Shown: positions 10,288 through 20,677, numbered from the whole stretch's first letter. The stretch is DNA of 62,629 nt, filler included, from 7 parts of 7 records of this genome joined end to end with filler, not necessarily neighbours in it; one strand, 5' to 3'. The notes: generated from the letters alone by a model not told the origin. A program made the numbers and translations.

Positions 10288-11580
10288 ATGAAGTTATCAG
10301 ATATAATTGATTCCAAGTTCAGTAAAAATGTTGCTACCTTGATGACAGGTAATGTCATCGCTCAGTTTGTATCTATCGGTGTAAGTCCGATCGTTACAAG
10401 ACTTTATTCTCCGGAAAATTTCGGTGTCCTCGCTGTATTCATTGCATTTGTAAATATGCTGGATAAACTTGCTACTTTTTCCTATGAAAGAGCTATTGTT
10501 TTACCAAAAGAAAAAATAGATGCTGTATCTATTTTTTATTTAAGTTTTTTTATCCTGATTCTTGTTACTTGTTTACTGCTGGTATTGGTTTGCTTTTGGG
10601 GTGAGCCCTTTCTAAAATTAACAAATAGCTCCCAGATGAATCTCTGGATAAAACTTGTTCCTTTAGCTGTGTTGTTTACAGGAAGTGTGAAAATTTTGCG
10701 GTTTTGGCTTCTTAGGGAAAAAGCGTTCAAAGTTGTTGCGTTCTCAAGGAGTGGAGAGTCAGTTACATCAGCTGTTATTAAGATCTGTATAGGTTTTTTT
10801 ATCGGATCCTATACTGCCGGTCTTATTCTCGGTTCATTGGTCGGACTCCTGGTCTCATTGCTGATTGTGCTTTTGAATCCTGCGATAAGGGAGATTAAAG
10901 AATACTTCAGTCTGATTTCAATAAATGATTTAAGAAAAGTGTCTGTTTCATATCGGAAATTTCCCCTTTTTTCAACATGGAATGCTGTCTTGAATATGCT
11001 GTCAATGCAGATGGTTATTTTAATGTTTTCCGTTTACTTCTCTCCGGCGGTAGTTGGGTTTTACAGCTTGGGGACTAGAGTATTGAAACAGCCGATGATA
11101 TTTATTTCTGAATCTATTCAAAATGCATACTTTCAAAAAGCTGCTTATGATTCAGGTCAGGGGCAAAAACTCAAAAGTTCATTTGTGAGGTTGACAGCTT
11201 TTCTGGGTATAATAGCAGTAATCCCGTTTACAGTGCTTTATTGCTGGGGAGAGCCTCTTTTTTCTTTTGTTTTTGGGCAAGAATGGAGTACAGCCGGGCT
11301 TTATATAAAATGGATGTCTCCTTGGTTTTATCTGCTTTTTATCAGCACTCCGGCAAATGTTGCATATGAAGTTTTGTATAAACAGGATATCAAAATGCTT
11401 ATAAATATCACAAAACTGATTGTCTGCTTTTGTACCATATATTACGGCTACAATGCTTATCATGATGCATTAAGTACTTTAAAGGTTTTTGTCGTTTCAA
11501 ATGTAATAATGGAATTATTATCTTTGAATGTTGCTTTTGCTTTAATCTTTAATCAGAAAATACGAGGAGCTGATATCTAA
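10288..11580 (+). CDS. wzx: Polysaccharide flippase (Wzx / MOP superfamily)
   Basis: PIVTRLYSPENFG, YRKFP, VGFYSLG and VFGQEW motifs; many TM segments. Confidence 0.85.
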   Translation: MKLSDIIDSKFSKNVATLMTGNVIAQFVSIGVSPIVTRLYSPENFGVLAVFIAFVNMLDKLATFSYERAIVLPKEKIDAVSIFYLSFFILILVTCLLLVLVCFWGEPFLKLTNSSQMNLWIKLVPLAVLFTGSVKILRFWLLREKAFKVVAFSRSGESVTSAVIKICIGFFIGSYTAGLILGSLVGLLVSLLIVLLNPAIREIKEYFSLISINDLRKVSVSYRKFPLFSTWNAVLNMLSMQMVILMFSVYFSPAVVGFYSLGTRVLKQPMIFISESIQNAYFQKAAYDSGQGQKLKSSFVRLTAFLGIIAVIPFTVLYCWGEPLFSFVFGQEWSTAGLYIKWMSPWFYLLFISTPANVAYEVLYKQDIKMLINITKLIVCFCTIYYGYNAYHDALSTLKVFVVSNVIMELLSLNVAFALIFNQKIRGADI

Positions 11581-11585
11581 TTATT

Positions 11586-12563
11586 ATGTATAAATCACCT
11601 GTTTTTGTTTTCTCATTACCTCGTTCCGGGTCAACATTGCTGCAGAGAATATTAGCCGTTCATCCTGATATCAGCACGACTGCAGAACCTTGGATCATTT
11701 TACCATTTGTTTATTCTTTACGAAAAAATGGGACGTTTGCACAATATAGTCACATCTCTTCGCATAATGCAGTGACTGATATTCTAAAACAGTTGCCAAA
11801 TGGGGTAGATGATTATTATGAAGGGCTACGTCTTTTTGCAAATACGATATACCATCAGCTTAATCATGAAAATACCAAGTATTTTTTAGACAAGACTCCA
11901 AGGTATTATCTTATTTTAGACGAAATTTCCAAAATATTTCCCGAAGCCAAATTTGTTTTTTTATTCAGGAACCCTCTCGCAGTTCTTGCTTCAACAGTAA
12001 AATCTTTTTACAGGGGCAGGCTTGGAGACTGGCGACATAAAATTGATCTGTTTCATGGGCCTGTCTTGCTTTCACAAGGTTATCAGAAGCTTAAAGATCG
12101 AAGTATTGCCATACAGTATGAAGATCTATTGAGTGAGCCTGAAAAACATATTTCAAAAATCTGTGAATACCTGGAGATCCAGTATAGTGACAATCTGGTT
12201 ACGGAATTTAATAAAACCAAGTTGAAAGGATCTATGGGTGATCAGATCGGAACCAGCCAATATCGTGCACTTGAACTCGAAACTCTTGAGAAGTGGAAAG
12301 TTACACTGAGAACTTTTTTAAGGAAAAAATATGCCATAAAATACTTAAAAAAGCTTGGACCCGAGACTGTCTCAAATCTTGGATATGATATACGTAATTT
12401 AATAAACGAGGTGAAAGCCCTGGATTCGACAAAAGATAAGTTTTTTACGGATCTGATTCAATTAATCCTTTGTGAAATTCGAATTTTCTTTGAGATCCCA
12501 TTACAAAAACAGAATCTAAAAAGAAGTATTTTTACAAAAGAAAATCGTTATATTCATTACTAA
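11586..12563 (+). CDS. PAPS-dependent sulfotransferase
   Basis: 5'-PSB loop SLPRSGSTLL, DKTPRY, 3'-PB motif FLFRNPLAVLAS and IQYEDL. Confidence 0.9.
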   Translation: MYKSPVFVFSLPRSGSTLLQRILAVHPDISTTAEPWIILPFVYSLRKNGTFAQYSHISSHNAVTDILKQLPNGVDDYYEGLRLFANTIYHQLNHENTKYFLDKTPRYYLILDEISKIFPEAKFVFLFRNPLAVLASTVKSFYRGRLGDWRHKIDLFHGPVLLSQGYQKLKDRSIAIQYEDLLSEPEKHISKICEYLEIQYSDNLVTEFNKTKLKGSMGDQIGTSQYRALELETLEKWKVTLRTFLRKKYAIKYLKKLGPETVSNLGYDIRNLINEVKALDSTKDKFFTDLIQLILCEIRIFFEIPLQKQNLKRSIFTKENRYIHY

Positions 12564-12569
12564 AAAGGT

Positions 12570-13505
12570 GTGTATATGGTAACTGTAGGCACAATTATTC
12601 CATGCCATAATCGGAATAAATTGACTGTTAAATGCATCCGTACTTTGCTCGAAATACCCAAGCACAATTTCTCCCATAATATATATATCGTCGATGACGG
12701 TTCAAAAGATGGGACAAAAGAGGCGATTACAAAAGAATTTCACGACAAGGTCACTTTATTGGAAGGAGATGGTAATCTTTTTTGGACAGGTGCAATCAAC
12801 ATGGGTATTAAAAAGGCGCTTTCCGACGGGTGCAATTATATTCATTTGATGAATGACGATATAAAGTTTAATCATGATTTTTTAACCATGCTCATGGAAG
12901 CAGGGCATAAAAATAGAGAAGCCATTATCGGTTCCATAACCTGTAGCATTAAAAAACCTTCCAGTGTGGTTCGGGGAGGTGTATTGCTGACGAACAGAAA
13001 AACACAGCCATGGATTGAAATTAATAAAAATAATATAGATGAACACAACCTTAAAAGGTGTTATGACGTTGACAGTCTGTCCGGGAGATCTGTATTGATT
13101 CCTTCTAAAGTCTTTGATTCTATAGGGTATTTTGATGGTAAGCGATTCCCCCACAGCTTTGCCGATTTTGATTTTTTTTTCCGTGCTAAAAAGAATGGTT
13201 TTTCAATATTGATTAACCCGGAAAGCGTCATTTATACAGAAATTGAACCTAAACTCTTAGCCTGTTTGATTAAACAACCAAAATCTCTTGCTATAAAAGA
13301 TTTATGGTTTGATAGAAAATACTTCAGTATTATTACTTTTCTGCATTTGTCAAAACAAGCAAGATTTCGGTTTTGTTTTTTAACCTATCTTTTTGCGCAG
13401 CGAATTAAATGGACAGCATTAATTCTTTTTTGTGATGAGAAAAAGATTTGCGAAATATTTAATAGGCATGACATATTACGGGGAACGCCTAATAGTTTGC
13501 ATTAG
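12570..13505 (+). CDS. Glycosyltransferase family 2
   Basis: IIPCHNR, IVDDGSKDGT, GNLFWTGAINMG, LMNDD and DFDF motifs. The start may be ATG 12576. Confidence 0.9.
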   Translation: MYMVTVGTIIPCHNRNKLTVKCIRTLLEIPKHNFSHNIYIVDDGSKDGTKEAITKEFHDKVTLLEGDGNLFWTGAINMGIKKALSDGCNYIHLMNDDIKFNHDFLTMLMEAGHKNREAIIGSITCSIKKPSSVVRGGVLLTNRKTQPWIEINKNNIDEHNLKRCYDVDSLSGRSVLIPSKVFDSIGYFDGKRFPHSFADFDFFFRAKKNGFSILINPESVIYTEIEPKLLACLIKQPKSLAIKDLWFDRKYFSIITFLHLSKQARFRFCFLTYLFAQRIKWTALILFCDEKKICEIFNRHDILRGTPNSLH

Positions 13506-13576
13506 TAAATGGCCTGTTCCCTTTAGAATTAAGGCTATTAACATCTGGGAGCCACCTGAAAGCTATTCGGGGTAAT

Positions 13577-14623
13577 ATGAAATATTTTTTATTTTTAATT
13601 TTGTTGTTTGCTTTTGTTGTGAGTAAAACTGTTTTCTCTATGCGGATCGGAGGCGTTGTTGGTCTTAATGTTAATAATATAGCTGTATATCTGTGTTTTA
13701 TTGTTCTTTTGATATCAGATATGGCTACTGGGAAAATCAAGCAAAAAAAAATAATAGGTCTTAGAATTCTCATTGTAAGCGTAATATTTCTCTTTTTTAG
13801 TATGGTGTATGCACAGATAAACGATTACGATACCGAATCTGTATCGTATCTATTGCAACTCGTTAAGCGACTTTATGTCGATCCTATGTTGTTGTATGTC
13901 ATTGCCTTTTTATTAATAGATTCTCAAGAAGATGCGTTGCGATGTCTTATGACAATAGTCGTATTTTTTTCATTATTAAATATTGTATCTTTAATTCTGA
14001 TGAAGTTTAATATAAACTTTTTCCTTGTCCAGGAACATTCGAAGGGACTTACCAATCGTTTCTCCGGGCTTATCGGTAATCCCAACAAAACTTCATATCT
14101 TTTATGTTGTTTGTTACCGTTCATGTTTTATTTGAAAAATATCAATAAAGGAAAAATCCAAAAAATCTTATTTTTATGTCTCGCAGGTCTTAGTGTTTTT
14201 ACAATCGGGATATCAGGTTCTCGAGGTGGGCTTTTCGCGTTGATGTTTACAACCATTTATTTATTGTTTTTTAATAAGCAATACTTTAAATTACTACTCT
14301 TTTTCGTCTTCGTTTCTGTTTGCACTATGGTTGCTCTTAGCAGTGGTCTTGAGATTGCACTTTTTGAACGGCTACAACCTCTTTTGGAAGGTGATTTCTC
14401 TGCTGGAACAAGTGGCCGATTAGATATTTGGGGGGAATTGTTTAAAGTGTACACTTCAAATTTTTTCACCATATTGTTCGGGTTAGGAGTTGGTATGTCT
14501 GAAATGGTTGGAATGAAAGCAGACCCTCACAATTTTTATTTGCAGATCTTATCGGAATTTGGAATTGTCGGTTTTTTATTTTTTATCGGAAGTGCTTCAT
14601 GGCTGGTTGTTAGAATCTGGTTT
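13577..14623 (+). CDS. O-antigen polymerase/ligase (Wzy/WaaL family), 3'-truncated
   Basis: Polytopic; RFSG..GNPN, SGSRGG, GRLDIW, FGLGVG and PHNFYLQILSEFGIVG motifs. Confidence 0.85.
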
Positions 14624-14723
14624 NNNNNNNNNNNNNNNNNNNNNNNNNNNNNNNNNNNNNNNNNNNNTTAATTAATTAANNNNNNNNNNNNNNNNNNNNN
14701 NNNNNNNNNNNNNNNNNNNNNNN
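14624..14723. other. Artificial contig linker
   Basis: N44-TTAATTAATTAA-N44. Confidence 0.98.
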
Positions 14724-14788
14724 CTATTGCACATTCACTTATGCAACAGCCCCGTTTTTTCGAATATAGTCGGTATTCTGCTATAGCA

Positions 14789-15418
14789 TCAGCGGCTGAA
14801 GGCCACGCCCAGGCTGTTGGTTCTCAGTGATACGTAGTTTCCCTTCAGGGGGGTCTCGTTGCTCAAGGGGAAGGTGTAATATACGCCGGCCTTGAAGGGA
14901 TCGTAGATTTTCGCCATCCCGCTGTTGCCGTCGATGACCAGTTTCACGGGCAGAGTATGGCTCATATACTTGCTCAGCATGGGCTCGAGGGCGCGAAGGG
15001 ATACGCTTTCCACCAGATTCATTCTGGAGTGGCTATTGCTTTTATAGATCTGCGCGCTCAGGCCCTTGGGGGTGGCGCCGACGGGTTTTTCATCATAGTT
15101 GACCCACAGAAGGTAGGAGTCTCCCTCGCCCCAGGCCTTTCCGGCTGCGGGGGTGTCAACGAATACATGGATTCCGAATCCGCCCCGGCCGTCCTGCAGG
15201 CCGTCGATGTACTTGGCGTTGAACTCATAGACCATGGTGTCGTTCTGGGGGACATAGATATTGGCCTTGGCCATTCCCGCGTTCAGGTTGGTCTGACGTA
15301 ATTCAGAGGACGATATCTTCCAGCTTCCATAGGTCGGCTTGACCCGCAGGTCGTCGGCGAAGATGGGAACAGAAAAAATAACTGCGATACAGATGAGTAG
15401 AAATAACAGTTTTTTCAT
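14789..15418 (-). CDS. Hypothetical secreted beta-rich protein
   Basis: Signal peptide MKKLLFLL...IFA; RBS GGAGAG; no recognisable catalytic motif. Confidence 0.7.
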   Translation of the reverse strand: MKKLLFLLICIAVIFSVPIFADDLRVKPTYGSWKISSSELRQTNLNAGMAKANIYVPQNDTMVYEFNAKYIDGLQDGRGGFGIHVFVDTPAAGKAWGEGDSYLLWVNYDEKPVGATPKGLSAQIYKSNSHSRMNLVESVSLRALEPMLSKYMSHTLPVKLVIDGNSGMAKIYDPFKAGVYYTFPLSNETPLKGNYVSLRTNSLGVAFSR

Positions 15419-15551
15419 ATAACTTGTCTCTCCCGGATGAATTAGTTTTTTATTGGAATTTCAGAGTAAACCTGAATTCTCCTGTACACAAGGAAAATAT
15501 CATCAAAAAACGGTGAGAAAAAGAAAAGAAAAAATAAGCGTCCGAACTTTG

Positions 15552-16928
15552 TTACTTTTTGATTTTCCGGTTGTTTATAATAAATTCGGCAGCCTCGGAA
15601 AGGTCCTTTTTTATAACAAGATTCTTGAATTTTCCCGAAGGGAGAGAGGCCTTCGTCTTCTTTCCGTCTCCCGTGAGAACCAGGATGGGACGGACTCTTC
15701 CATTGACGGCGCACTCCAGATCGCCCGGCCTGTCTCCGATCATCCAGCCGTTTTTCCGGGTGAACCCCAAAAGATGAGCGGCCTTGTTGAGCAGTGCAGG
15801 GGAGGGTTTGGTCGAGGATGTATCGCTGAAGTCGGGGTGGACGGCACGGGAACCGGCGCCGCTGCTGAAGTAGATGGCATCGGGCTGGCTGTCGGGATCC
15901 CCTGTTTCATGAGCCAGTAAATAACACATGTACTCGTTATTCAAAAGAACGACAGATTCGGGAACATAGCCCATACCTATGCAGGACTGGTTGGTATTGA
16001 CGATGACGGCGTATCCGGCCTGCTTCAGTCTCTGGATGGCCCGGGCCGATCCGGGGATCAGGCTCATGGCGTGAGGGCCTGTCTCATAGGAGGAGAGGGA
16101 GGAGATGACTCCGTCCCTGTCGAGGAAGACCACGGGCTTGTTCTTCAGAAGGCTCCTTTTCTGTATCTCCAGGCGACGGGTCTCCATATGCGAATGGCCT
16201 TTCAGTTCGTGGATGAGAACGGGATGAGGAGCCGCGCAGAATGCGGGTCCGGATATCCAGGTCGTCTTGTTCTCTTTGTAAGCGGTGATGCCGGGATGGT
16301 AGTGACCCGACAGGGACAGGACGACCTTTCCCGACTCTCTGCAGAGTTTGCGGATGTTTTCGGCCTCCTTGTAGACATGCTTGATCTTGATCTGCTCCGA
16401 GGGGGTGCTCACGAAGTGCTGCAGATGGATCTGGGGCGGGCTGTCGGGATCGCTGAGAACCTTTTCCATCAGCAGGCGCTCCCGGTCGAAGCGCCGGGGC
16501 TGACTGCCGTCCCATTGCCGATCGTGAAAGCAGACGAAGCGGTAACCCTTGATATCCTGTACCGGATCCTGGTCCCCCCATATCTCGGAGAAGAGTTCCG
16601 GCTCGTCCTTGTTGCCAGGAATAACGATCCAGGGGATGCCGGATTTATCCAGATGGGAGCGTATGGTCAGATAATCCTTACGGACCATTTTCTTGAATGG
16701 CTCGGATACGTCCATATAGTAGTTGTTGTGCTTGAGGATGATTCCCGGCGTGTCTACTATGTCCCCGGTGATCACGAGGATGTCGACCTTCTCCTTCTTC
16801 AGCTTCTCCAGGGTTCTGTTCAGGATGACCGGGATCTCCCGGCTGCGGTTCTTATGCTTGTGGGAGGAACCCGGGGTGTGGTAGCGGAAGTGGAGGTCTG
16901 TCAAATGTCCGATTCTGATCTCTCTCAT
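15552..16928 (-). CDS. Calcineurin-like metallophosphoesterase fused to a GmhB/HisB-type HAD-IIIA phosphatase
   Basis: N-terminal half: TDLH, TGDIVD, PGNKD, QHF, SGHYH. C-terminal half: FLDRDGVI, TNQS, TKPSP, WMIGDRPGD, LVLTG. Confidence 0.85.
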   Translation of the reverse strand: MREIRIGHLTDLHFRYHTPGSSHKHKNRSREIPVILNRTLEKLKKEKVDILVITGDIVDTPGIILKHNNYYMDVSEPFKKMVRKDYLTIRSHLDKSGIPWIVIPGNKDEPELFSEIWGDQDPVQDIKGYRFVCFHDRQWDGSQPRRFDRERLLMEKVLSDPDSPPQIHLQHFVSTPSEQIKIKHVYKEAENIRKLCRESGKVVLSLSGHYHPGITAYKENKTTWISGPAFCAAPHPVLIHELKGHSHMETRRLEIQKRSLLKNKPVVFLDRDGVISSLSSYETGPHAMSLIPGSARAIQRLKQAGYAVIVNTNQSCIGMGYVPESVVLLNNEYMCYLLAHETGDPDSQPDAIYFSSGAGSRAVHPDFSDTSSTKPSPALLNKAAHLLGFTRKNGWMIGDRPGDLECAVNGRVRPILVLTGDGKKTKASLPSGKFKNLVIKKDLSEAAEFIINNRKIKK

Positions 16929-16994
16929 AGTCCTACGATTGTAAGTAAAACCGGGCGTTAAGAGAAGATCCCGGCCTACGGAAGTTGAACGATA

Positions 16995-18476
16995 TTATGC
17001 TTCCGGGAGCTCCTTTTCCTCGAGGATATTGCTGCGTATGACGATGCGTCCCAGGCGGTAGAGGATGATCTCCATGGTCTTGTCCTGTATCATCCGGCCG
17101 AATAGCGGTAGCCCCAGGCCCGCCACGCCCGCCGGGCTTGCCTTTCTCAGCTTCAGGAGTTGCCTCGCCTTCAGGACCGGGCGTATGGTCTTCCAGGAGT
17201 CCATGCCCTTCTCCCTGAGGAGTGTCAGAAGAGGCTGTCTGCTGAAATCCCTGACCTTGCGAAAGAGATCGACCGACATCTTCTCCATAGCGAAGCGGCT
17301 CCCCGGGGCGTTTGAGTAGACGGCGCCCAGGGCTATGATGCTGAGCTTGTAGGAGCCGGAGAGCAGCTGTACGGGCCGGTAATGCTCCAGGGCTTTTCCC
17401 GTCGGGTGGGCCGTCTGCGAGAGGGCCAGTACCAGATCCATCGCAACCTGCCTGGGAGAGTCCTTCTCCTCTCCCGAAGCGATCTCGCCATGGACGGCAT
17501 TGATGGTCTTTCGTAAAAAACCGCTCAGGTTCTTACGGGCTCTGACCCTTTTTCTATGGGCGTCCGCCTCCAGGGTGAAAAGGGGGTCGGGGCTCAGATC
17601 CGCTCTGATAAGGAGTTCTTTATAGCTTTTGATAAGGCTATGCAGCAGTTCCTCTTTTCCCTGCTGTTCCGGGAGGATGGACAGCTCCCGGTCGAAATGT
17701 TTCGCCTTGCGAATGATCTCCTTTCTTGAGAAGCGTTCTTTTTCCTTCTCCAGCTCGCTGCACTGTCCACCGTAGAGGTAGAGCAGGTATTGGGCGCTGC
17801 TGTGAAGGATGCGGAGGTAGAAGGAGCGGATCGTCCCTTCCCAGAACAGGCGCATGGCCAGGCTGCGCAGCCCGTACAGGACCAGCCCGGGAATTCCGAA
17901 CAGGGGGACCAGCGCCAGACGCAGGATTTGGAAGAAGATCCCCTTTTGTCCCATGTATCTCAAAATCCTGTTCCGGTTAAGGCTCCGGGCGGTCCGGGTT
18001 CCCTGTAGGAAGGGATTGAACCAGGACAGGCGTCTGTTCATAAGATAGCGGAGCAGACGGCTCCGGTCGTAAAGATCACGGATGTCCTTATACCCCATCA
18101 GTGCGATCTCAAGGGCTCTGATAATGGTGAAATCAAGTCTTACAGTACCCTCTTCGTCCGAGGGGGATACGGTCTCGATGATGGCGCGGAAGTCATCGCT
18201 CAGGTTCATCCTTTCCGAAGACATCAGTCGTTTCTTCAGGAGCCCCATCAGCTCCTCCATCTTTCCCCGGCTCTCTTCGTCTTCCCAGTGAAGGCCAGCT
18301 TTGCGAATCCTTCTGAGGAGAAGAGGGGTCAGGACATAGCGTATGGTCAGTGGAATGAGGACGAAGGAAACGGCCCCCATGATTCCGGCAGCCGTAAGCA
18401 GGGACTGGAGAAGGGGGCTCAGGGTTTTTCCTTTTTCAGAACGGCTTCCAGGGTGTCCCAGGCCAGAGCGGCGCAC
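16995..18476 (-). CDS. Hypothetical membrane-anchored protein (start uncertain, probably near 18420)
   Basis: Long ORF with hydrophobic segments, co-oriented between sufU and the phosphatase gene. Confidence 0.6.
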   Translation of the reverse strand: MRRSGLGHPGSRSEKGKTLSPLLQSLLTAAGIMGAVSFVLIPLTIRYVLTPLLLRRIRKAGLHWEDEESRGKMEELMGLLKKRLMSSERMNLSDDFRAIIETVSPSDEEGTVRLDFTIIRALEIALMGYKDIRDLYDRSRLLRYLMNRRLSWFNPFLQGTRTARSLNRNRILRYMGQKGIFFQILRLALVPLFGIPGLVLYGLRSLAMRLFWEGTIRSFYLRILHSSAQYLLYLYGGQCSELEKEKERFSRKEIIRKAKHFDRELSILPEQQGKEELLHSLIKSYKELLIRADLSPDPLFTLEADAHRKRVRARKNLSGFLRKTINAVHGEIASGEEKDSPRQVAMDLVLALSQTAHPTGKALEHYRPVQLLSGSYKLSIIALGAVYSNAPGSRFAMEKMSVDLFRKVRDFSRQPLLTLLREKGMDSWKTIRPVLKARQLLKLRKASPAGVAGLGLPLFGRMIQDKTMEIILYRLGRIVIRSNILEEKELPEA

Positions 18477-18853
18477 TTCAGCCGGACCGGGAAGGCCAGC
18501 AGCTCCCGGAGCGCGGCGATATCCCCGAGGGGCTCCAGCCCTTCCGGAGCCTCCTCTCCTTTGAAGATGCTCTGGACCTTTGCGGTCGTTTCGCAGATCT
18601 CCCGGCGGGAGAGACCTTTTACCAGTTCGGTCAGGATGGATGCAGACGCCATGCTTACCGAACAGCCCTCCCCGTCGAAGAGAAGCTCGGATAGCCGGTC
18701 TTCCTCGTCCCAGTCCAGTCTGAGGGCGACCCTGTCGCCGCAGGACGGATTATCCAGTACGGCATTCTCCTCTCCGGGAGTAAGAGGGGCCTTGTTTCTC
18801 GGATTTCTGTAATGATCCTGAAGGATCTGCTTGTGTTCTTCGCTGAATCCCAT
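18419..18853 (-). CDS. sufU: SUF system NifU-like protein SufU
   Basis: ILQDHYRNPRN, NPSCGD, GEGCSVSMASAS and PVRLKCA; all three Cys and the Asp are present. Confidence 0.92.
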   Translation of the reverse strand: MGFSEEHKQILQDHYRNPRNKAPLTPGEENAVLDNPSCGDRVALRLDWDEEDRLSELLFDGEGCSVSMASASILTELVKGLSRREICETTAKVQSIFKGEEAPEGLEPLGDIAALRELLAFPVRLKCAALAWDTLEAVLKKEKP

Positions 18854-18864
18854 GGCCGGTCTCT

Positions 18865-19266
18865 TTAGGCAAGCGCCCCTTCAATTTCCTTTATCAGGTC
18901 TTCCAGCCTTATCGGTTTGAGGAGGTAGGCCGCCGGTTTTACAGTCATGGCTTTCTTTTTTATGGTTTCGTTGGGATAGGCCGTCAGGAAGATGATGGGA
19001 GTGTTTTTCATCATCTTGATCCGTTGTGCGGCATCGATTCCGTCTATAAAGCTTTTCAGGTAGATGTCCATTATGACGAGATCAGGTTTGTGCTTGATCA
19101 CTGAGGGCATGACGCTGTCGGCATTCTGCACTACCTCCGGAACAGTATAGCCCTCCAGGCTGAGAGATTCCTGCAGTTCCATACCTATGATGGGCTCGTC
19201 CTCAACGATCAAGATGGTTTTTGACGTCACTATGACTTCTCCGTATACATCTGTTGTGTAATTCAT
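18865..19266 (-). CDS. Single-domain response regulator (receiver only)
   Basis: ILIVEDE, PDLVIMDI, PIIFLTA and YLLKP motifs; no output domain. Confidence 0.9.
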   Translation of the reverse strand: MNYTTDVYGEVIVTSKTILIVEDEPIIGMELQESLSLEGYTVPEVVQNADSVMPSVIKHKPDLVIMDIYLKSFIDGIDAAQRIKMMKNTPIIFLTAYPNETIKKKAMTVKPAAYLLKPIRLEDLIKEIEGALA

Positions 19267-19371
19267 TATTAAATGTTCTTGTGTTTTTTCTTATTTCTCT
19301 GTGAGAAAAAAAGAAAGTTTAACCCATTATACTTCTAAAAAAACGCTTTGACAGGTCCTGTTCTGCAAAAT

Positions 19372-20334
19372 TCAGAACAATTTTCCGGAAGCCTGGTCCA
19401 GAACCTCGAGCAGACGGGTCATCTCTTCTTTGCTGTTGTAGAGATAGACGCTGGCTCTCAGGGAGGCCCCCGTCTTTAATTCTCTGGCCAGGGGATGAGC
19501 GCAGTGCTGTCCCGCCCTCAGGGCGAATCCCTCTTCATCCAGATACTGGGCCAGGTCGTGGGCATGGTAATCCCTGTGGGAGAACGATAGAATCCCGGAC
19601 CTTCGGGCGGGTCGCCCGTAGACCTTAAAGCCCCTCAGCTCCTCCAGGCCGCTCAAAAGGAGCTCTGTCAGTTCCCTCTCTTTTTCATCGATTGTCTGCA
19701 TACCCCAGCCGTCCAGATAGTCCATGGCCGCCGCCAATCCGATGGCGCCGGCGATGTTCGGTGTGCCCGCTTCGAATTTATAGGGGACGTCGTTCCATTC
19801 GCTGTGATCCCTGTGGACCGAACGGATCATCTGCCCTCCCCCCCGGAAGGGAGGCAACTCTTCAAGGAGCTCTATCCGGCCGTACAGGACGCCCGTTCCC
19901 ATGGGGCCGCACATCTTGTGACCGGAGAAAACGAGGAAATCGCAATCCATATCCTGTACGTCCACGGGCATATGGGGAACGCTTTGCGCAGCGTCCACCA
20001 GAACGGGAACAGCCCGGGCATGAGCCTCCCGGATGATCTGTTTTACTGGGTTGACCGTTCCCGTAACATTGGACACATGGGTCAGGGCCAGCAGTCTGGT
20101 GCGGGGACTCAGGAGTCTGTCCAGGGAACCGAGGTCCAGCTCCCCGTTTTCCAGAACCGGGATATAATTCAGAACGGCTCCGGCCTGTTCTCCCCTTATC
20201 TGCCAGGGAACGATATTGCTGTGATGCTCCATCCCGCTGATCAGTATCTCATCACCCTGATGGATATAGCGGCGGCAAAAGGCGTCGGCCACAAGGTTGA
20301 TGCCGTCCGTTGCGCCTGAGGTGAAGATTATCTG
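19372..20334 (-). CDS. sufS: Cysteine desulfurase SufS, 5'-truncated
   Basis: Frame is open to the contig edge (IIFTSGATDGINLV). MEHHSNIVPW, VDAAQSVPH, FSGHKM (PLP Lys), FEAGTPN and RAGQHCA (group II catalytic Cys). Confidence 0.95.
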   Translation of the reverse strand, partial: QIIFTSGATDGINLVADAFCRRYIHQGDEILISGMEHHSNIVPWQIRGEQAGAVLNYIPVLENGELDLGSLDRLLSPRTRLLALTHVSNVTGTVNPVKQIIREAHARAVPVLVDAAQSVPHMPVDVQDMDCDFLVFSGHKMCGPMGTGVLYGRIELLEELPPFRGGGQMIRSVHRDHSEWNDVPYKFEAGTPNIAGAIGLAAAMDYLDGWGMQTIDEKERELTELLLSGLEELRGFKVYGRPARRSGILSFSHRDYHAHDLAQYLDEEGFALRAGQHCAHPLARELKTGASLRASVYLYNSKEEMTRLLEVLDQASGKLF

Positions 20335-20434
20335 NNNNNNNNNNNNNNNNNNNNNNNNNNNNNNNNNNNNNNNNNNNNTTAATTAATTAANNNNNNNNNN
20401 NNNNNNNNNNNNNNNNNNNNNNNNNNNNNNNNNN
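20335..20434. other. Artificial contig linker
   Basis: N44-TTAATTAATTAA-N44. Confidence 0.98.
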
Positions 20435-20677
20435 CAATCGGACCATAAGGGCAGATTACAAAGTACCAGAGTGGTTAGAGTTTTTTTGAAGTTTTCCAGG
20501 GTGCTAAATGTATTAAATTTTTCTTGTATCCTTGGGAAAAGGCCACTTTACACATGAATTTTTTGTGGGAAATTATTAGGAGTCCAAGAATTCAGTGAGC
20601 ACTACGTCTGCCAGTCCTGGCTTTTTTTAAATCAACCGAAAGCAGCAATGATAGACATATCAAACGCTTTTCATTTC

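Noticed and set aside
16071-16961. 296-aa antisense ORF and other overlapping ORFs in the GC-rich contig 3
   Set aside because: They lie fully opposite motif-supported genes and are expected from codon bias.
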